A stretch of 64,000 bases of DNA. Source: Antedon mediterranea. Taxonomy: Eukaryota; Animalia; Echinodermata. Where the stretch lies: the NCBI RefSeq assembly GCF_964355755.1, contig NC_092670.1, positions 38,800,388 to 38,864,387 on the forward strand, in the 5' to 3' direction. Of this stretch, positions 1 to 13,123 are shown piece after piece (the stretch's first letter is position 1; each line of letters starts with the position of its first letter). The notes beneath the pieces are model-generated. The model did no database searches and was not told where the DNA came from. It saw only the letters and a list, made by a program, of their open reading frames with translations. A program made the translations under genes and the position numbers.

Positions 1-185
1 CATTTTGTTGGTACAAGATTTCACAGAAATTGTGGTACATGCAAGGGAAATCAGACACAAGTTGGAATTTTAAAAATTTAGATTTTCACAAATACTAAAA
101 CTACATAATCCAAGATTTAAAATGCTGAAAAAAATATCTTGATACCATGTCTACTTTAAAATAAATGATAAGCATGGTGTACTTA

Positions 186-431
<246 letters not shown>

Positions 432-702
432 TTAATTATACAGTATGAAGCATGAAGACAGTGGTATACATTTCAAAGTATATACAGCCCTGTCTAAACT
501 ATAACAATTTATGTGACAAAAAATGTGATGTGCCCTTGTATGAACATGATGATGTCATATCACTACCATATTTAAGCATATCACTACCATATTTGGGCAC
601 ATCACACTTCACATTTTATGAAACTAGTTTGATAGTGTAGACAGAGCTTAAAATGTAAGTCCTACTGTAGATAATTGTACTATTTGATTTAACAATGTTT
701 AC

Positions 703-861
703 CCTGTTATCTGTGTCCTTAACAACAATTAACATTGGTCCTTCTGTGCCTTGCATCTTACGATAAAGACTTTTCAGGCTAAAACCATGTTCTTCTGTAC
801 AAAACATTAAACACCATGAGTGGCCTTCGATGCGTGCTGGCATATGCTTCCCAACAACAAA
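703..861 (-). CDS. OXR1: OXR1-like TLDc exon (HMPARIEGHSW...HGFSLKSLYR...VVKDTDNR)
   Basis: TLDc N-terminal motif; 159 nt, phase 0/0, GT-AG flanks. Confidence 0.93.
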
Positions 862-1200
862 CTGTATGGATAAATAGAATGTTAATTGTTATTTCTGATC
901 CGTCTATAACCACAATTCGAAGTCCATTGAATTTAAACTACTATTATTATAATTATTGTAAAGCTCAGTTCCCACTATGATGCAGTGCAGAGACGTAAGC
1001 CACAACGCAAACAAATTCACCAATCAAATGCGATGGACTATTTGAATTGTCGCTGGTAATTGGTCGATTCGTTGCTTTGCTGCTTATGTTGCTATCAGGA
1101 ATCAAGCTTTACGAGAAAAAAGAAAAAATCTAAACCCACTTGCCAAATTGTTGAAATAAATGTGATATTGTATTATGAAAGACAAAATTTAATTGCATAC

Positions 1201-1320
1201 CTGACGTATATGTTCAATATTTATTAGTCGGCTCTCTCCGATTATGGCCGGGAGGGGGAGGTCCTTCTCACACTCCAGGATGGTCATGCGTCGCCGATTT
1301 GCTTCATCTTTGGTTACAAT
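1201..1320 (-). CDS. OXR1: OXR1-like exon (IVTKDEANRRRM...EHIRQ)
   Basis: 120 nt, phase 0/0; continues DWE from the preceding exon, as in OXR1-family WE-I-x-T-x-x-E-A-x-R-R. Confidence 0.9.
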
Positions 1321-1336
1321 CTAACAAAGAAGTAAA

Positions 1337-1459
1337 CATATTTGGGCATATAACTATCATATTTGGGCATATCACTATCATATTTGGGCATATCACTATC
1401 ATATTTGGGCATATCACTATCATATTTGGGCATATCACTATCATATTTGGGCATATCAC
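1337..1459. repeat. 21-bp minisatellite (CATATTTGGGCATATCACTAT, about 6 units) derived from the MITE interior
   Basis: Same unit as the MITE internal repeat; accounts for the spurious repetitive ORFs at 1299-1538. Confidence 0.9.
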
Positions 1460-1728
1460 ACCTTTTTTGTCTCCTGGGTGGAGAGAGACTAACATAAATT
1501 AAAGTGTCTTTCCTAAGGATACACACCCTTACAGACATAAGTTTACTAAAAGGAGAGGGCGTGGATGTGATAATATTTGTATGTATGTGAATCTACACAA
1601 GCAAACTTTATGTGATCTGCCCATATATGGACATGATGATGTCATATCACTACCATATTTGGCCATATACATACTTTATTTGACAGTGTAGACTGAGCTT
1701 AAGTATGTTGAGTGGTACGTGTACATAC

Positions 1729-1891
1729 CTCCCAATCTTTTTCAATAGGGTCATGGAAGAAGTCTTCGACAATATTCATACACATGTCCTCTTGGTTGAC
1801 CAGTTCAAAGCCCTTCTCATTGTGATATACGTCCTCTTTGCCGTAAACTTCCGGAGACCATTGGAGGAAGAAGTCATAAAGGAGATCAGCT
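1729..1891 (-). CDS. OXR1: OXR1-like exon (ADLLYDFFLQWSPEVYG...KDWE)
   Basis: Conserved LY-x-FF-x-QWSP-x-x-YG motif; phase 2/0. Confidence 0.93.
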
Positions 1892-2150
1892 CTAAATAAA
1901 AACAAAATATATTTGTTTCAATTTAACAATTTGATTCCAGTGTAAAGTTCTGTCTACACTATCAATCTAGTTTGACAAAAAAAAAGTGATGTGCCCAAAT
2001 ATGGTAGGGATATGACAATGACATCCTCATGTCCATATAATAGGCACACCACATTTTTTTGGTCACATAAAATTTGATATTGTAGACAGAGCTTAAGATA
2101 ATATATAAAAAGGTTGTAAAATTTATAGAACTGAAAAAACATTGACTAAC

Positions 2151-2313
2151 CTGTCACGTGGAATTGCAAACCAATACTCAGGTATCTTTCCTCTACTTTT
2201 ATTGCTTTCTGAATCTCGTTGTGCCTCAAACGTCTTTTGCATGGGCCGATAAACTTTCAAACATAAGTACAGAGGTGGCTTGTCATTTGGTTTAGATGGC
2301 TTCGGTTCAAAAG
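2151..2313 (-). CDS. OXR1: OXR1-like exon (PPLYLCLKVYRPMQKTF...PEYWFAIPRDR)
   Basis: Read directly from the sequence (not in the ORF track); conserved OXR1/NCOA7 motifs; phase 1/2. Confidence 0.93.
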
Positions 2314-3261
2314 CTACAAGAAAAAAATATAAAGAAATTCAAAAAATATTTAAAAAATGAAAGATTAATTCTTACGTGCACGGTCGTTTGATATAATTTT
2401 TACTTTCCAAGAAAGAATTGATCAGAATTATTCGAAATTAAAGAGCGCAGATAGAATATTGCAATAAATTATGATCTCACTTTTACCCACAAAAATGCAT
2501 ACGACACTAAATCATAATGAATGACTCAAAAATTGAATGCTGAGATGAAACTATCTTTAGCTTCTTGGAAACAGGAAAAACAAAAATAGAAATTTTCATA
2601 ATTTATTCCAAAATGGCATTTACTTATTTGAATAGATTAAATCAACCCTGTTGTTTTATCAATGGTACTCTCTTTTTCTGCAAACTCAATTGATTGTAAA
2701 TTGTACTGTACCTAGCTGAGTTGTCTAGTACAATCTGTATTGATTTTATAGCTTAACAAAGTGCATTGTTCCCACAGTGATTTTAGTATCAGGAAGGATT
2801 ATGTAGTAAACACTAGTGATACATTAGTAATCATCAACACTTCACACATTACAATGTAACATAGATTTTACAATCAAACTGTGATTTAATACACTTAAGA
2901 TGAATTGTCACATAATCTACAAATTGTATTACAGGTTATGTTTGTTAGCTTTAATTATAGTTACAACTTAATATTTAATTTAGCATTATGATACTATGGA
3001 AAGAATAATATACTGTATGAATTTGTTTTCTAATAATAATATATTACGAGATTTCCTTTACAAAATAAAAATAAAGGACTTTACTCTGAATACTGTAAGA
3101 TAAAAAAAAACCCCATAAATTTAAACTCCATAAAACAAAACTAAAGGACAGTAACATTTTATTTTATAGGGATTGTAAAAATAATTATTGGATAGGTTTA
3201 GTAAACAACTGAGTCATTGCAAAGTGTAGAACTTTGTATTCACAGATAAAGATACTATAGA

Positions 3262-3265
3262 ATGG

Positions 3266-3305
<40 letters not shown>

Positions 3306-3720
3306 AGTGATGATGATGATATTGATGATAGTGATGATAATGATAAAAATGATGATGATGGCAATAGTGATGATAATGATAACAATGATGATGGTGATGA
3401 TAACAATGATGATAACAATGATGATGACGTTAACAATGATGATAGTGATGATGATGATAACAATGATGATAGTGATGGTGATGATGATAACAATGATGAT
3501 AGTGATGGTGATGATAACAATGATGATAGGGATGATAGTGATGATGACAACAATGACGATGTTATAGTGATGATGATGACAATAGTGATGATGATGTGAT
3601 AATGATGATAATTATGATGATGGTGGTGGTGATAACATTGATGAAGGATGACAGTGGAGATGATAATCAGAAATATTTGGCGATAATCAATTATGGATGA
3701 TGGATTATGATAATAACATA
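3262..3720. repeat. Imperfect (GAT)n microsatellite
   Basis: Direct inspection; explains the poly-M and poly-S ORFs. Confidence 0.95.
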
Positions 3721-4118
3721 GTGAAACTCATAATCAATTTACAGTGCATATTATCATTAATGTTAGTAAATTAGTATGTTAAATCTTCTATTTATAATTT
3801 ATATAAGTGTATATAGACATTAAAGCCCTTGATTGGTTCAACATCCATTAGTTGCATTTATACTATCTATTAACCTGCTTGTAAGTAAGCACTTACTCAA
3901 GCGAACTCATGTTACATCATTACATACATCATGTTGTTAAACTGACACTTATTAATACAGTTACTGTACTCATCCATGTTTATGAAACATCCATTCATAA
4001 TATACAGGTGTCTATTAACAATATACAGGTGGCACAGTCTATTAACAATATACAGAGGTGTCTATTTATTAACAATAAAAATTGATGGAAACTGGTTTGA
4101 TAGTGTAGACGACGGTGC

Positions 4119-4243
4119 TTTACAGATCAAATAAGGTGTCAATACTGTAAGGTAGTATAGTAAGGGGAGGGAAGGGGGTTTACAGATCAAATAAGGTGTC
4201 AATACTGTAAGGTAGTATAGTAAGGGGAGGGAAGGGGGTTTAC
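4119..4243. repeat. Perfect 60-bp tandem duplication
   Basis: Sequence at 4119-4178 recurs exactly from 4179. Confidence 0.9.
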
Positions 4244-5622
4244 GCTGGGATGGGGAGCTGGATACTTAAATCTTACTTTGATATAAAAATAATATACAGT
4301 GAAAACATATTACTGTATTTGTTGACAGTACATTAAATTACTAATTAGACATAACTATTATAACAGACTAAATCTCTTTGTTCGTTGAATGCATTTAAAT
4401 TAAAGTGTAAAGCTAATATTAAAGCACATTGTCCATATGGTGTGACTATCCGGCGTCACTCACCTACGCTAAATTCATTATGTTGCAGCTAATTCTACAA
4501 ACGTACGTAAAGCCACTTATCTGTAAACAACACTACTGAATGGGCCATTAACACATTTAAAAAATTACTAAACTAGTTATGTTATTGGTAATTAGTAATT
4601 ACTGGACAAAAAATAAGCTAATTTTTCTTTACAAGCGACAGCCAGATGTTTTCAACTGTATCAAAAAAAAATAAACCGTATATCACCAAGTAAAACCCAC
4701 TCCCTAATTTAGGCAAAATTTTAAACATAAGACTTCGATAAATTCTATTGTTAAAGTAATCTGAGTATAATTCACCCCCCCCCCCCCCCCTAATTTTCTA
4801 CATACTTCATAACTCTAGGTTCCCTAAACTAATATTATGCAAAGTTATATGAAAATAAATTAAAATAACAACATACCAAATGTTTCCACTTCATAATATA
4901 AACAAACAACGCATTATTTATAAACAATGCCACGATAAAAAAATGTAAAGACTACCAGTAGAAAATGAGAAGAAATGTAATATTTTCAACGACACACTGA
5001 GTCATATCATCTGATGATACCTAGTGAAAAACAGCTGTTTTTATCCGTGGATGTAACTTATGATGACAATTTGATATAAACTTCATTGGTTGGCCATCAT
5101 CATTATTACAGTACTTTAAATAATGCTTGAATGACATCTCTCATTTGTTTATAAATCAAGAGAAAACCATTCAGAGGTAATCCATACAGCAGATAAAAGT
5201 GCTGTATCCCAAAGGCCTGCTTGTAAAATCATTTTAAGGATACTGTTAAAACGGGATAGTAGCATGCTACAGAAATAACAGGCACCTTGGAATCGTTACT
5301 TTAATACACTGTATTACAGCATTTGATAGCAATAATGTATAGAGACATCAAAAACACATTCCACCTTAATAGACACAAATGGTATAGCAACTTAAGGTAA
5401 ATTATGAAGGCAATTATTTAGTAGACGGGATGGATATGGTATTGATTGACTATTATATTTTACTGTTTTCCTTATGTAGATGTTGAGATGTCTTTCTGGT
5501 TTACTAACAAGACACTCCTACACACTCCTACGTTAAAATTGAGATGCGTTATTTGTCACTAAAAACACACTCCTTCCTTATGTTTACTTAGTTTGATGGG
5601 ATTATGTTCTAAAGCTCTGTCT

Positions 5623-5955
5623 CATTCATTCATTCATTCATTCATTATTTATTTGGTCTATTTAAGGATATACAAAACAAAAAAAACTGAAATTGGGGAG
5701 ACCAGGGTCAACCTAAGTGAACTTAATCACTGTAGCTGAGCCGGTTGACCCAACCCCAAAGTCAGTTTACACATAAAAGACATAAAGACAAAATACAGTT
5801 ACAGCGAATCAAAATGAATATGAACTTTTCTAATGAAGGCTGATGGGCTTTCTAGGACTGCAGCATCTGTCAACGGTCTGGGAAGCTGGTCCCAGACACG
5901 GGGTAACCTGATTGCTATAGAATGGAAAAAAGCCTGTGTCCTTGATGCTTGATGT
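5623..5955 (-). mobile_element. CR1/L2-clade LINE 3' fragment with (ATGA)n tail, inserted in a MITE TIR
   Basis: Minus frame YSNQVTRVWDQLP...SPSAFIRKV resembles a LINE ORF2 C-terminus; CTGTCT duplicated at 5617-5622 and 5956-5961. Confidence 0.7.
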
Positions 5956-6280
5956 CTGTCTACACTATCAAACTATGTAACAAAAAATGATGACATGATG
6001 ATGTCATATCACTACCACATTTGAGAATATTACTAGCACTACCATATTTGGATACATCACACTTTTTGTAAAACTAGTTTGATAGTGTAGACAGAGCTTT
6101 AAAAACATTTTTAAAAGGAATTTGCTTTCTGTTTCTGAAAAATGAGCTCTTAGTAATAATTCAAGCTCTTTTCTCACTCACTCACTATATAAAAATAAAA
6201 AAGATTTAATGAAGATAAGAAATTGAAACTTAATTTTACAAGATATCTTTAATAAAAATAAAAAATAAAAATCAAATTAC

Positions 6281-7101
6281 CTTTAAACCCACCAGGAATG
6301 TGTGATAATCTTGGAATGATAGTCGGACTTGTACAATTGTCTTCTGAGGTCGATCCGCTGCGGATCTCTTTCCCGACTTCTTCCAACTCGTGTAACTCCT
6401 TCTCTGTCGCGGACGTATCATGAATACATTCCTTCATGTCGGGTACCATGGAACACCGACGACAGTCAGTCACGAAAATGTGCGACGAATAATTGACAAA
6501 GTTTTGGCTGGTTGACTGAGATGGCAGGATGTGTGTGCACATATTTGAATCTAATTGCTTGCTTTGGTTTGAAAGTTTATCATCATTGTCATCATCGGTT
6601 TGAGAAGAGATTCCAATATCGCTATTTGTCGTTTCTTTACTCTCAATGGCGTTTAATATCTCTTTCATAACCATGTCTACAGCACAATCAACTAAAGTGT
6701 CTGGTGATTGTTCTAATGGCTCAAGAACATAAGAAGAAACATTGCTTGATGATGATGTATGATCATCTACACCGTTTGATGTATTCATTCCGTCGTTATT
6801 TCCTGTATCTTCTGTAGTTTTTCTAGTTTCTTTAATATTTATTCCTTCAGAATGACTTAGAGTTTGTGAGTGTCCTCCTTCTTCGATGTTCATATCGTGA
6901 TCGGTACACCTCGTACAATCACGTCTGTGCTCTTTACTTTGGTCAGAAAATAATTCAGGTAATGGGTCAAAGGTTGAATCAACGCCGGGTGTTTTCACTG
7001 ATTCTGGGCCGCATGAACAGACACTCTCTGAGCGGTCTTTCATTTGGTCAAGTGGATTCTGCTCATTGTGCATAGGGCAGTAGATCTCATGATTCCCATC
7101 C
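6281..7101 (-). CDS. OXR1: OXR1-like large low-complexity central exon
   Basis: 821-nt open frame inside ORF 6249..7151; phase 2/1 fits both neighbouring exons. Confidence 0.85.
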
Positions 7102-7452
7102 CTGTAAATAAATAGTGAGATAAATGTATAGATGAGATAAAAAAAAAACATATCATGTTCGTTTTAGAGATCAATTTAAATCTTTGTCCACACTAAGAAA
7201 AAAAAAGTGTGATGAGCCCAAATATGGTAGTGGTATGTTCAAATATGGTAGTAATATGACATCATCATGTCCATATGGGTTCTCTACTGTAATTTAAATC
7301 AGTAATAAGTTATTTTGCAGGATTTTCCTTTTTGTTTTCCATCTAATTGAATGACAACAGAATAAAAAATAAAAAAGGATGCCAACAGAATAAAAAAATT
7401 AACATAATTAAACATTTTCCGATGCAAGATTTATTTATTATAGTTTTCCAAC

Positions 7453-7622
7453 CTGTTCATCATTGGTGCTATATCTCTGTACATAGCAGCTCCTAGTACT
7501 TGGTCCATAGGTGATAAAACTCCATAAGGTGTTGTACCTCTTTCAATGACCAGCGGGTCCGACACATTAGGGTCAAACATTATTGCATTTGGTGTAACTA
7601 GCATAGTCCCATTCACAACACC
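7453..7622 (-). CDS. OXR1: OXR1-like GRAM-like exon (GVVNGTMLVTPNAIMFDP...)
   Basis: Matches the OXR1/NCOA7 G-x-L-x-VTPNxIMFDP motif; phase 0/2. Confidence 0.93.
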
Positions 7623-7858
7623 CTACAAATAAAAAAAGCATTTATATTATTTACTATTTTTAGTATAACAGGAAATTGGCATGTGCCAATAAGAGCCAAG
7701 AATTTAATTATTGGCCAGACAATTTATATGAGATTTTTAAAACGACACATAACTAAAGTCTGAGACACAAACATTATGTACAGAGTAGCCTAAAACTATA
7801 TTATTATATAAAAAAAAAACATCTTTACAAACTATATAGTGTATATAAACAACCAATA

Positions 7859-8112
7859 CAGTAGAGCACGTCGTTTGGGACTACCATCCCTCCCCCCCCC
7901 CCCTATTCAGGGGTCAATTTGTAAAGGGGACACTTTTCCATGGAATGAAAGAGGTAAAATAATGTAATAACACTACAAGCAACTCCTAGCCTAATCAGGG
8001 GATACTTTCTTCTTGAGAAATACTCTATGTTTGAACACTTAAAGGCCAACTCTCTTTAGGGAGACCCCTACTAAAAACCCTTTGAGGCGTCCCTTAATAG
8101 GAATCTCTACTG
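7859..8112. mobile_element. Tc1/mariner(pogo)-like MITE with CAGTAGAG...CTCTACTG termini and TA TSD
   Basis: TA-CAGTAGAG and CTCTACTG-TA ends; related GGGGACAC-rich fragments near 11157-11300, 21200-21300, 24715-24800 and 43318-43455. Confidence 0.65.
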
Positions 8113-8130
8113 TATATTTCAAACACTTAC

Positions 8131-8397
8131 CTCACCGTCAGTTATATATTTCACATTTAATTTTAAAAACTGTTTACTTCCAATCTCTGTCTCCGATTCT
8201 GTCGATTGAGCACGTACCACTTTGCCCGGTTTCGGATCACTATTTTTGCGAAGGAACGACTTAAACTTTTGACTTTTGGATATGTAGTCATCTTTACTTT
8301 TAGACTTTTTTAATTTCGATTGCGGAACTTTATCATTTTTACTTTTAGCCATAATAACTGGTACATCAATCGGCTTCTCACGTACAACTGGTAAATC
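8131..8397 (-). CDS. OXR1: OXR1-like exon (DLPVVREK...FLKLNVKYITDGE)
   Basis: 267 nt, phase 0/0; FLK-x-N-x-KYITDG motif. Confidence 0.9.
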
Positions 8398-9639
8398 CTG
8401 AAATAATTAAATTAATAATAAACTAAACTTTTGAGAGCAATACCACGCTCAAATAAATTACCTATTCAGGGAACACATGTATTAAGGTGGCATATTGTTG
8501 GGTGCTGAAGGTGTACACTGTCCCCTTAATGCAATGTCAACTTTGCGCTGATTACTAGCTGCATTATGGAAGTATGTTTCCATACGTGTTTGATCCAAAA
8601 AATGACTGGGGTAACAATGTTCAGCGCTTAGAGGTTTCATTACATTAGGCGCTATATAAATCCAGGATATTATTATTAGTGTAATATACATCATAAGTAC
8701 CGGTACTATGAAACATGAAATATTTCTTATAAAACCTGCTGCTCAACATGTAACAGTTAATTAACTGTTAATTGTTTTTTCTTCATTAAACTGCCTGGAG
8801 GCGCGGCGCGAAAATACTCAGATTAACTGAAATAGAAAGCTTAAGAATTACAATGCCACGCAGATACTGTGTACCTGGCAGTGGTAGCCAATAGCAGGAA
8901 GGATGTACAAGTCTTATGTTAAGAGATCCGTTACTATTTAATTAAAATAACATATACAGTATTGTATAAAGAAAATTATTCCTGAAGATGAACAAATAAT
9001 GTTTTAAATATATTAAATAAAAATGGCTTGCCTCAAGTTTTTTAAAGATTGTTTTATCATTATTTTGGAAGATACTGTAGGCCTATCATTTAAAAATAGT
9101 CTTAAAATAAGTGCATATTATTAGATGATTCGCCGACATTGTAAAATGGAAAGAGAGAATATGAAAATACAGTAGCAAATTCGTTCTTTTTTTAGGCTAA
9201 TTTGGGGATTGACAACAAAAATAGTGATTTTTAGGACTATAGACTTGTAAATGTAAGTTGTTGTTTAAGCTGAAAACATATAGTCTACAAATTTATATCG
9301 AACAGATTATGATTCACATCAATGTATAATTTAAAAGATACAAAATTGTTAACGATCTGTTAACACAAAATCCTAATGGTTAATTTAAATTGTTTAAATT
9401 TAAAGGCTTTAATGAAATTTTAAATAGTAAAATGTATCGTAGTTGTCTGCAATAAATACTGATAATAGGCCAATATTTTGTCGATAGCCAGTTTTGTTTG
9501 ACAGCTTACAATAAACTACAAAATACCTGTACAGATGTGATAATGATGAGATAATATGGAAAGTATTTAAAACTTTATTACTATTTATTTTAAATATACT
9601 GTATAATACACTATTTGGAAAGCAGTATAATTGTATTTT

Positions 9640-9939
9640 TACTCAGGGTACCCGAATCTAGGACTCACTCATCTTCTCCTCCATCCGACACTATTGAGTA
9701 AAAAGTGTGATTTATAAAGTAATACTCCTCCCTTATTTGTTGTAGTATTGAGCTGGGATTTGGCATGAATATACTACAGGGACATGTCCTCAAACAGGAT
9801 GAAGCCGTACTGTATTTACGTCTCGAAGATGGTACCGTATAGCCGTATAAACTATTTGGTAGCGAGGTTATTGATGTGTATGTGACGTCACATCCCGTCT
9901 TATGACGTCATTACAGCTTCTTTTGTGGTACCCCGAGTA
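9640..9939. mobile_element. Putative MITE with TA-CTC(A/G)GGGTACC termini
   Basis: TACTCAGGGTACC ... GGTACCCCGAGTA inverted ends around a GC-richer interior. Confidence 0.5.
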
Positions 9940-10209
9940 TCGCACATTCATGCTTGTTCTTACAGTTTCTTTCTTGAATGAGTCTAAATCTCTGTCTACA
10001 CTATCAAACTAGTTTGACAAAAAAAGTGTGATGCGCCCAAATATGGTAGTGATATGCCCAAATATGGTAGTGATATGACATCATCATGTCCATATATGGT
10101 TTTGATTTTTTAGTGGAGTGTGCATAATATAGTCTCATTATTGATTGATAAGTATACTGTATGTAAAGACAAGATGGTCATACAGAAACAGAAAATAAAT
10201 TTAAATTAC

Positions 10210-10290
10210 CTGTACATGGGTTTTTGCAACTGGAGATGTTGGACTCAGACTTACTGGTTCTTCTGAATCTGGATCAGGCACAAATAAAAT
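10210..10290 (-). CDS. OXR1: OXR1-like exon (ILFVPDP...HVQ), end of LysM
   Basis: 81 nt, phase 0/0; completes the LysM PGQ-x-L-x-VP motif. Confidence 0.88.
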
Positions 10291-10852
10291 CTGAAAACAA
10301 AGATATATTCACTGTAGAAAATCAACAATAAGATTCAAGACATTATATTGGTCCACTTTAAAATGGAATTTCGTTTTGCTTGCCAAAATTTAGACAATAA
10401 AACAACAAAGAAAAATACATCAAATTGCAAATGGTAATGTTAAAATACTTAATAATATATAATTTATAGGCCTATGTTAAAATAGTGTTAAAAAACTATT
10501 AAAAATACAGATTGCAAAAACATAATAGACGCTGTAAAATACTGTTAAAACAATTAAAATTGAAAATAAAAATTACAACAAAGAGTTATCGTTGAACATT
10601 AGAATTGTACATTAATGTTATTTACCACAAAGGACTTCTTAGTTCTACATAGATTGTTGTTTGAGAGTTGTAGTTTAATGCCAGTCTATTAAAATTTTAA
10701 CAGTAATGTTGAGGGTGCATAGGATCTTTCATATTAAATATATTCAACTTCTAGTAAATCGTTGAATCAGTCATTCAGATCTGCTTTTATAAATGATACT
10801 TTGTGCAATCTTCTCAAGAAAGTTTTGAAATTGAGGTTAAAGTTCAGCTTAC

Positions 10853-10960
10853 CTGTCCTGGAAAGATCATACGACAATTGAGATGGTTGAGTCGGACCAG
10901 CTCTGACGCTGTGATACCAAACCTCACAGCTATCTTATCCAAAGAATCATTTGAACTGAC
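10853..10960 (-). CDS. OXR1: OXR1-like LysM exon (VSSNDSLDKIAVRFGITASELVRLNHLNCRMIFPGQ)
   Basis: Canonical LysM pattern; 108 nt, phase 0/0. Confidence 0.93.
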
Positions 10961-12870
10961 CTATGACACAAAAAATGACGGTAAATAATTAATGTAGCGA
11001 ATAAATTTAAAGGATAATTTGTAATAGTAAAGTATTTAATACATCTATGCTGCTGAAATACAAAGAAATAAATTAGTTATGAAATGGATAATTTCCAATG
11101 AATATTTTAAAAGTGATTTTTACTAGGTTTTGTCGAAAAAGGGGTTATTAATCAATATAGTAGAAGCCCTATTAAATCTTTTGGCCTCTATTCAGGGGAC
11201 ACCCTGTAAAGAGGACACCGTCCCATGAAATGAAAGATGGAAAACACTACAACCAACCCCTATTCAAAAGATAAGGGGACATCCCTATTTAGGGGATAGT
11301 ACAGTTATATCGGGACCTTTTTCAAAAAATGTTTTCTTGTGTGTCTACACTATCAAACTACATACATATCACTACCATATTTGGCCACATCACACTTTTT
11401 TTGTCAAACTACTTTGATAGTTTAGACAGAGCTTTAGGATCACCAAGGTTTATGATTTTCTTTGCATCTTTAGTACTTGTACTGTAATGACAAAATAGTG
11501 ATGTACTTTTAAAGAACAGTAATACTCTACATACGAAATACCGTATTACTGTATATTAATGTAGAAAGAAACTTTGCATTGCAGCGGTTTCATTTCATGT
11601 TAAAGCAAGCTAGAATAAATGTTGGTGTCTACACTATCAAACTAGTTTGTGACGTGCCCAAATATGGTAGTGATATACCCAAATATGGTAGTGATATGAA
11701 ATCATCATGTCCATATATCATGGGCACATTACATTTTTTTATCACATAAAGTTTGATAGTGTAGACAGAGCTTTAACGTTGGTGTCTACAATCAGTGTAA
11801 CTGTTCCATGGAACCTGATATGAAAAAGAAAATGAATTCTAACAACAGCGATAATATGAGCTGAGCAGGTGACACGTTTAATCATCACTACATGTTGAAA
11901 CGTAATCAATGCGCCACTGTTTTCATTTAAAAGGATATCATTTAGCATTATTAATATTTTATTTATGTTTAAAAATTGCAATCAATTTTTCATCACAGAG
12001 AGATCAAGAGATACCTATAATATTGCTTGTGGAATACCATTCTGAAGCTCTGTCTACACTATCAAACTTTATGTGATGTGCTCATATTATGTGCACTTTA
12101 AAGAACCTAGTACATCTTTCGAGAGGAGTAGGGGGTTACTGCGATGTACTAGAACATCACAGCCACTGGGCCCTCTAGGAGACTAGTCTTTGATTGAAGA
12201 GATCACCCAGTATAAATAAATAATGTCATATCACTACCATATTTAGGCATATCACTACCATATTTAGGCATATCACTACCATATTTGGGCATATAACTAC
12301 CATATTTGGGCATATCACTACCATATTTGGGCATATCACTACCATTAAGTAGAGCTGGGGAGGAGGAGGGTAACACTTGTAACCATTCATCAATTTTCTA
12401 TCTTATATTTTGAGTCTGGTATTCAGGACTATAACAGTATTGCGTGTGGAACACGTCCTATTTTGTATAAATGCGGGATTTTTGTTAGCATTATCGAGTC
12501 GAAGGTTAATACTGTACAATGCTGGAAAGTTTACTGCACCACCACCTTTCCCCTTAATGTTGATAGTGATACAGATAATATTTGAACTAACTCAATGTTA
12601 TCTTAACATCTTAAAGGCACTGTATTTATTATTTTAATAATGTTCCCCGGCTCTGTAAACCATTGTGTGTATGGTTGGTAGTTTCTATATTAAATATTTT
12701 TTTTTATTTAAAAAAAAAGAAGGCACTAGCAATAACATGATTTTGACTCACATATTGTTATGATAGATTATACAATGTGCTACAATAAATTGAACTACAG
12801 TAAAGGTGGAATTAAAAAGCACAAGATTTAGATATTACTATCTAAGCTGCAACTAAAACACTAAGCATAA

Positions 12871-13123
12871 CAGGGCTTGATTTAATATACCTAAATTTAA
12901 CTAGCCCATGTCATTTTGCTAGCCCATATTATTTTGCCCAACCATGCTCAAACTAATGCTACAAACAAAAACAGAATTTTTTGTTGACAAAAATTATTAC
13001 ATTTACACACAATATTTGATACAAAGTGGTATTAACTAATATTTTTTTCCTAATTCCGCAAATATCATTTAGGTTGGCTAGCCCTGACTTTATACACAAG
13101 GCTAGTGTATAAATCAAGCCCTG
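12871..13123. mobile_element. Putative hAT-like MITE (CAGGGCTTGATTTA TIR)
   Basis: 14-bp perfect TIR; TSD is not clear. Confidence 0.5.

Noticed and set aside
3185-3567. Poly-Ser and poly-Met ORFs
   Set aside because: They are translations of a (GAT)n microsatellite inside an OXR1 intron.
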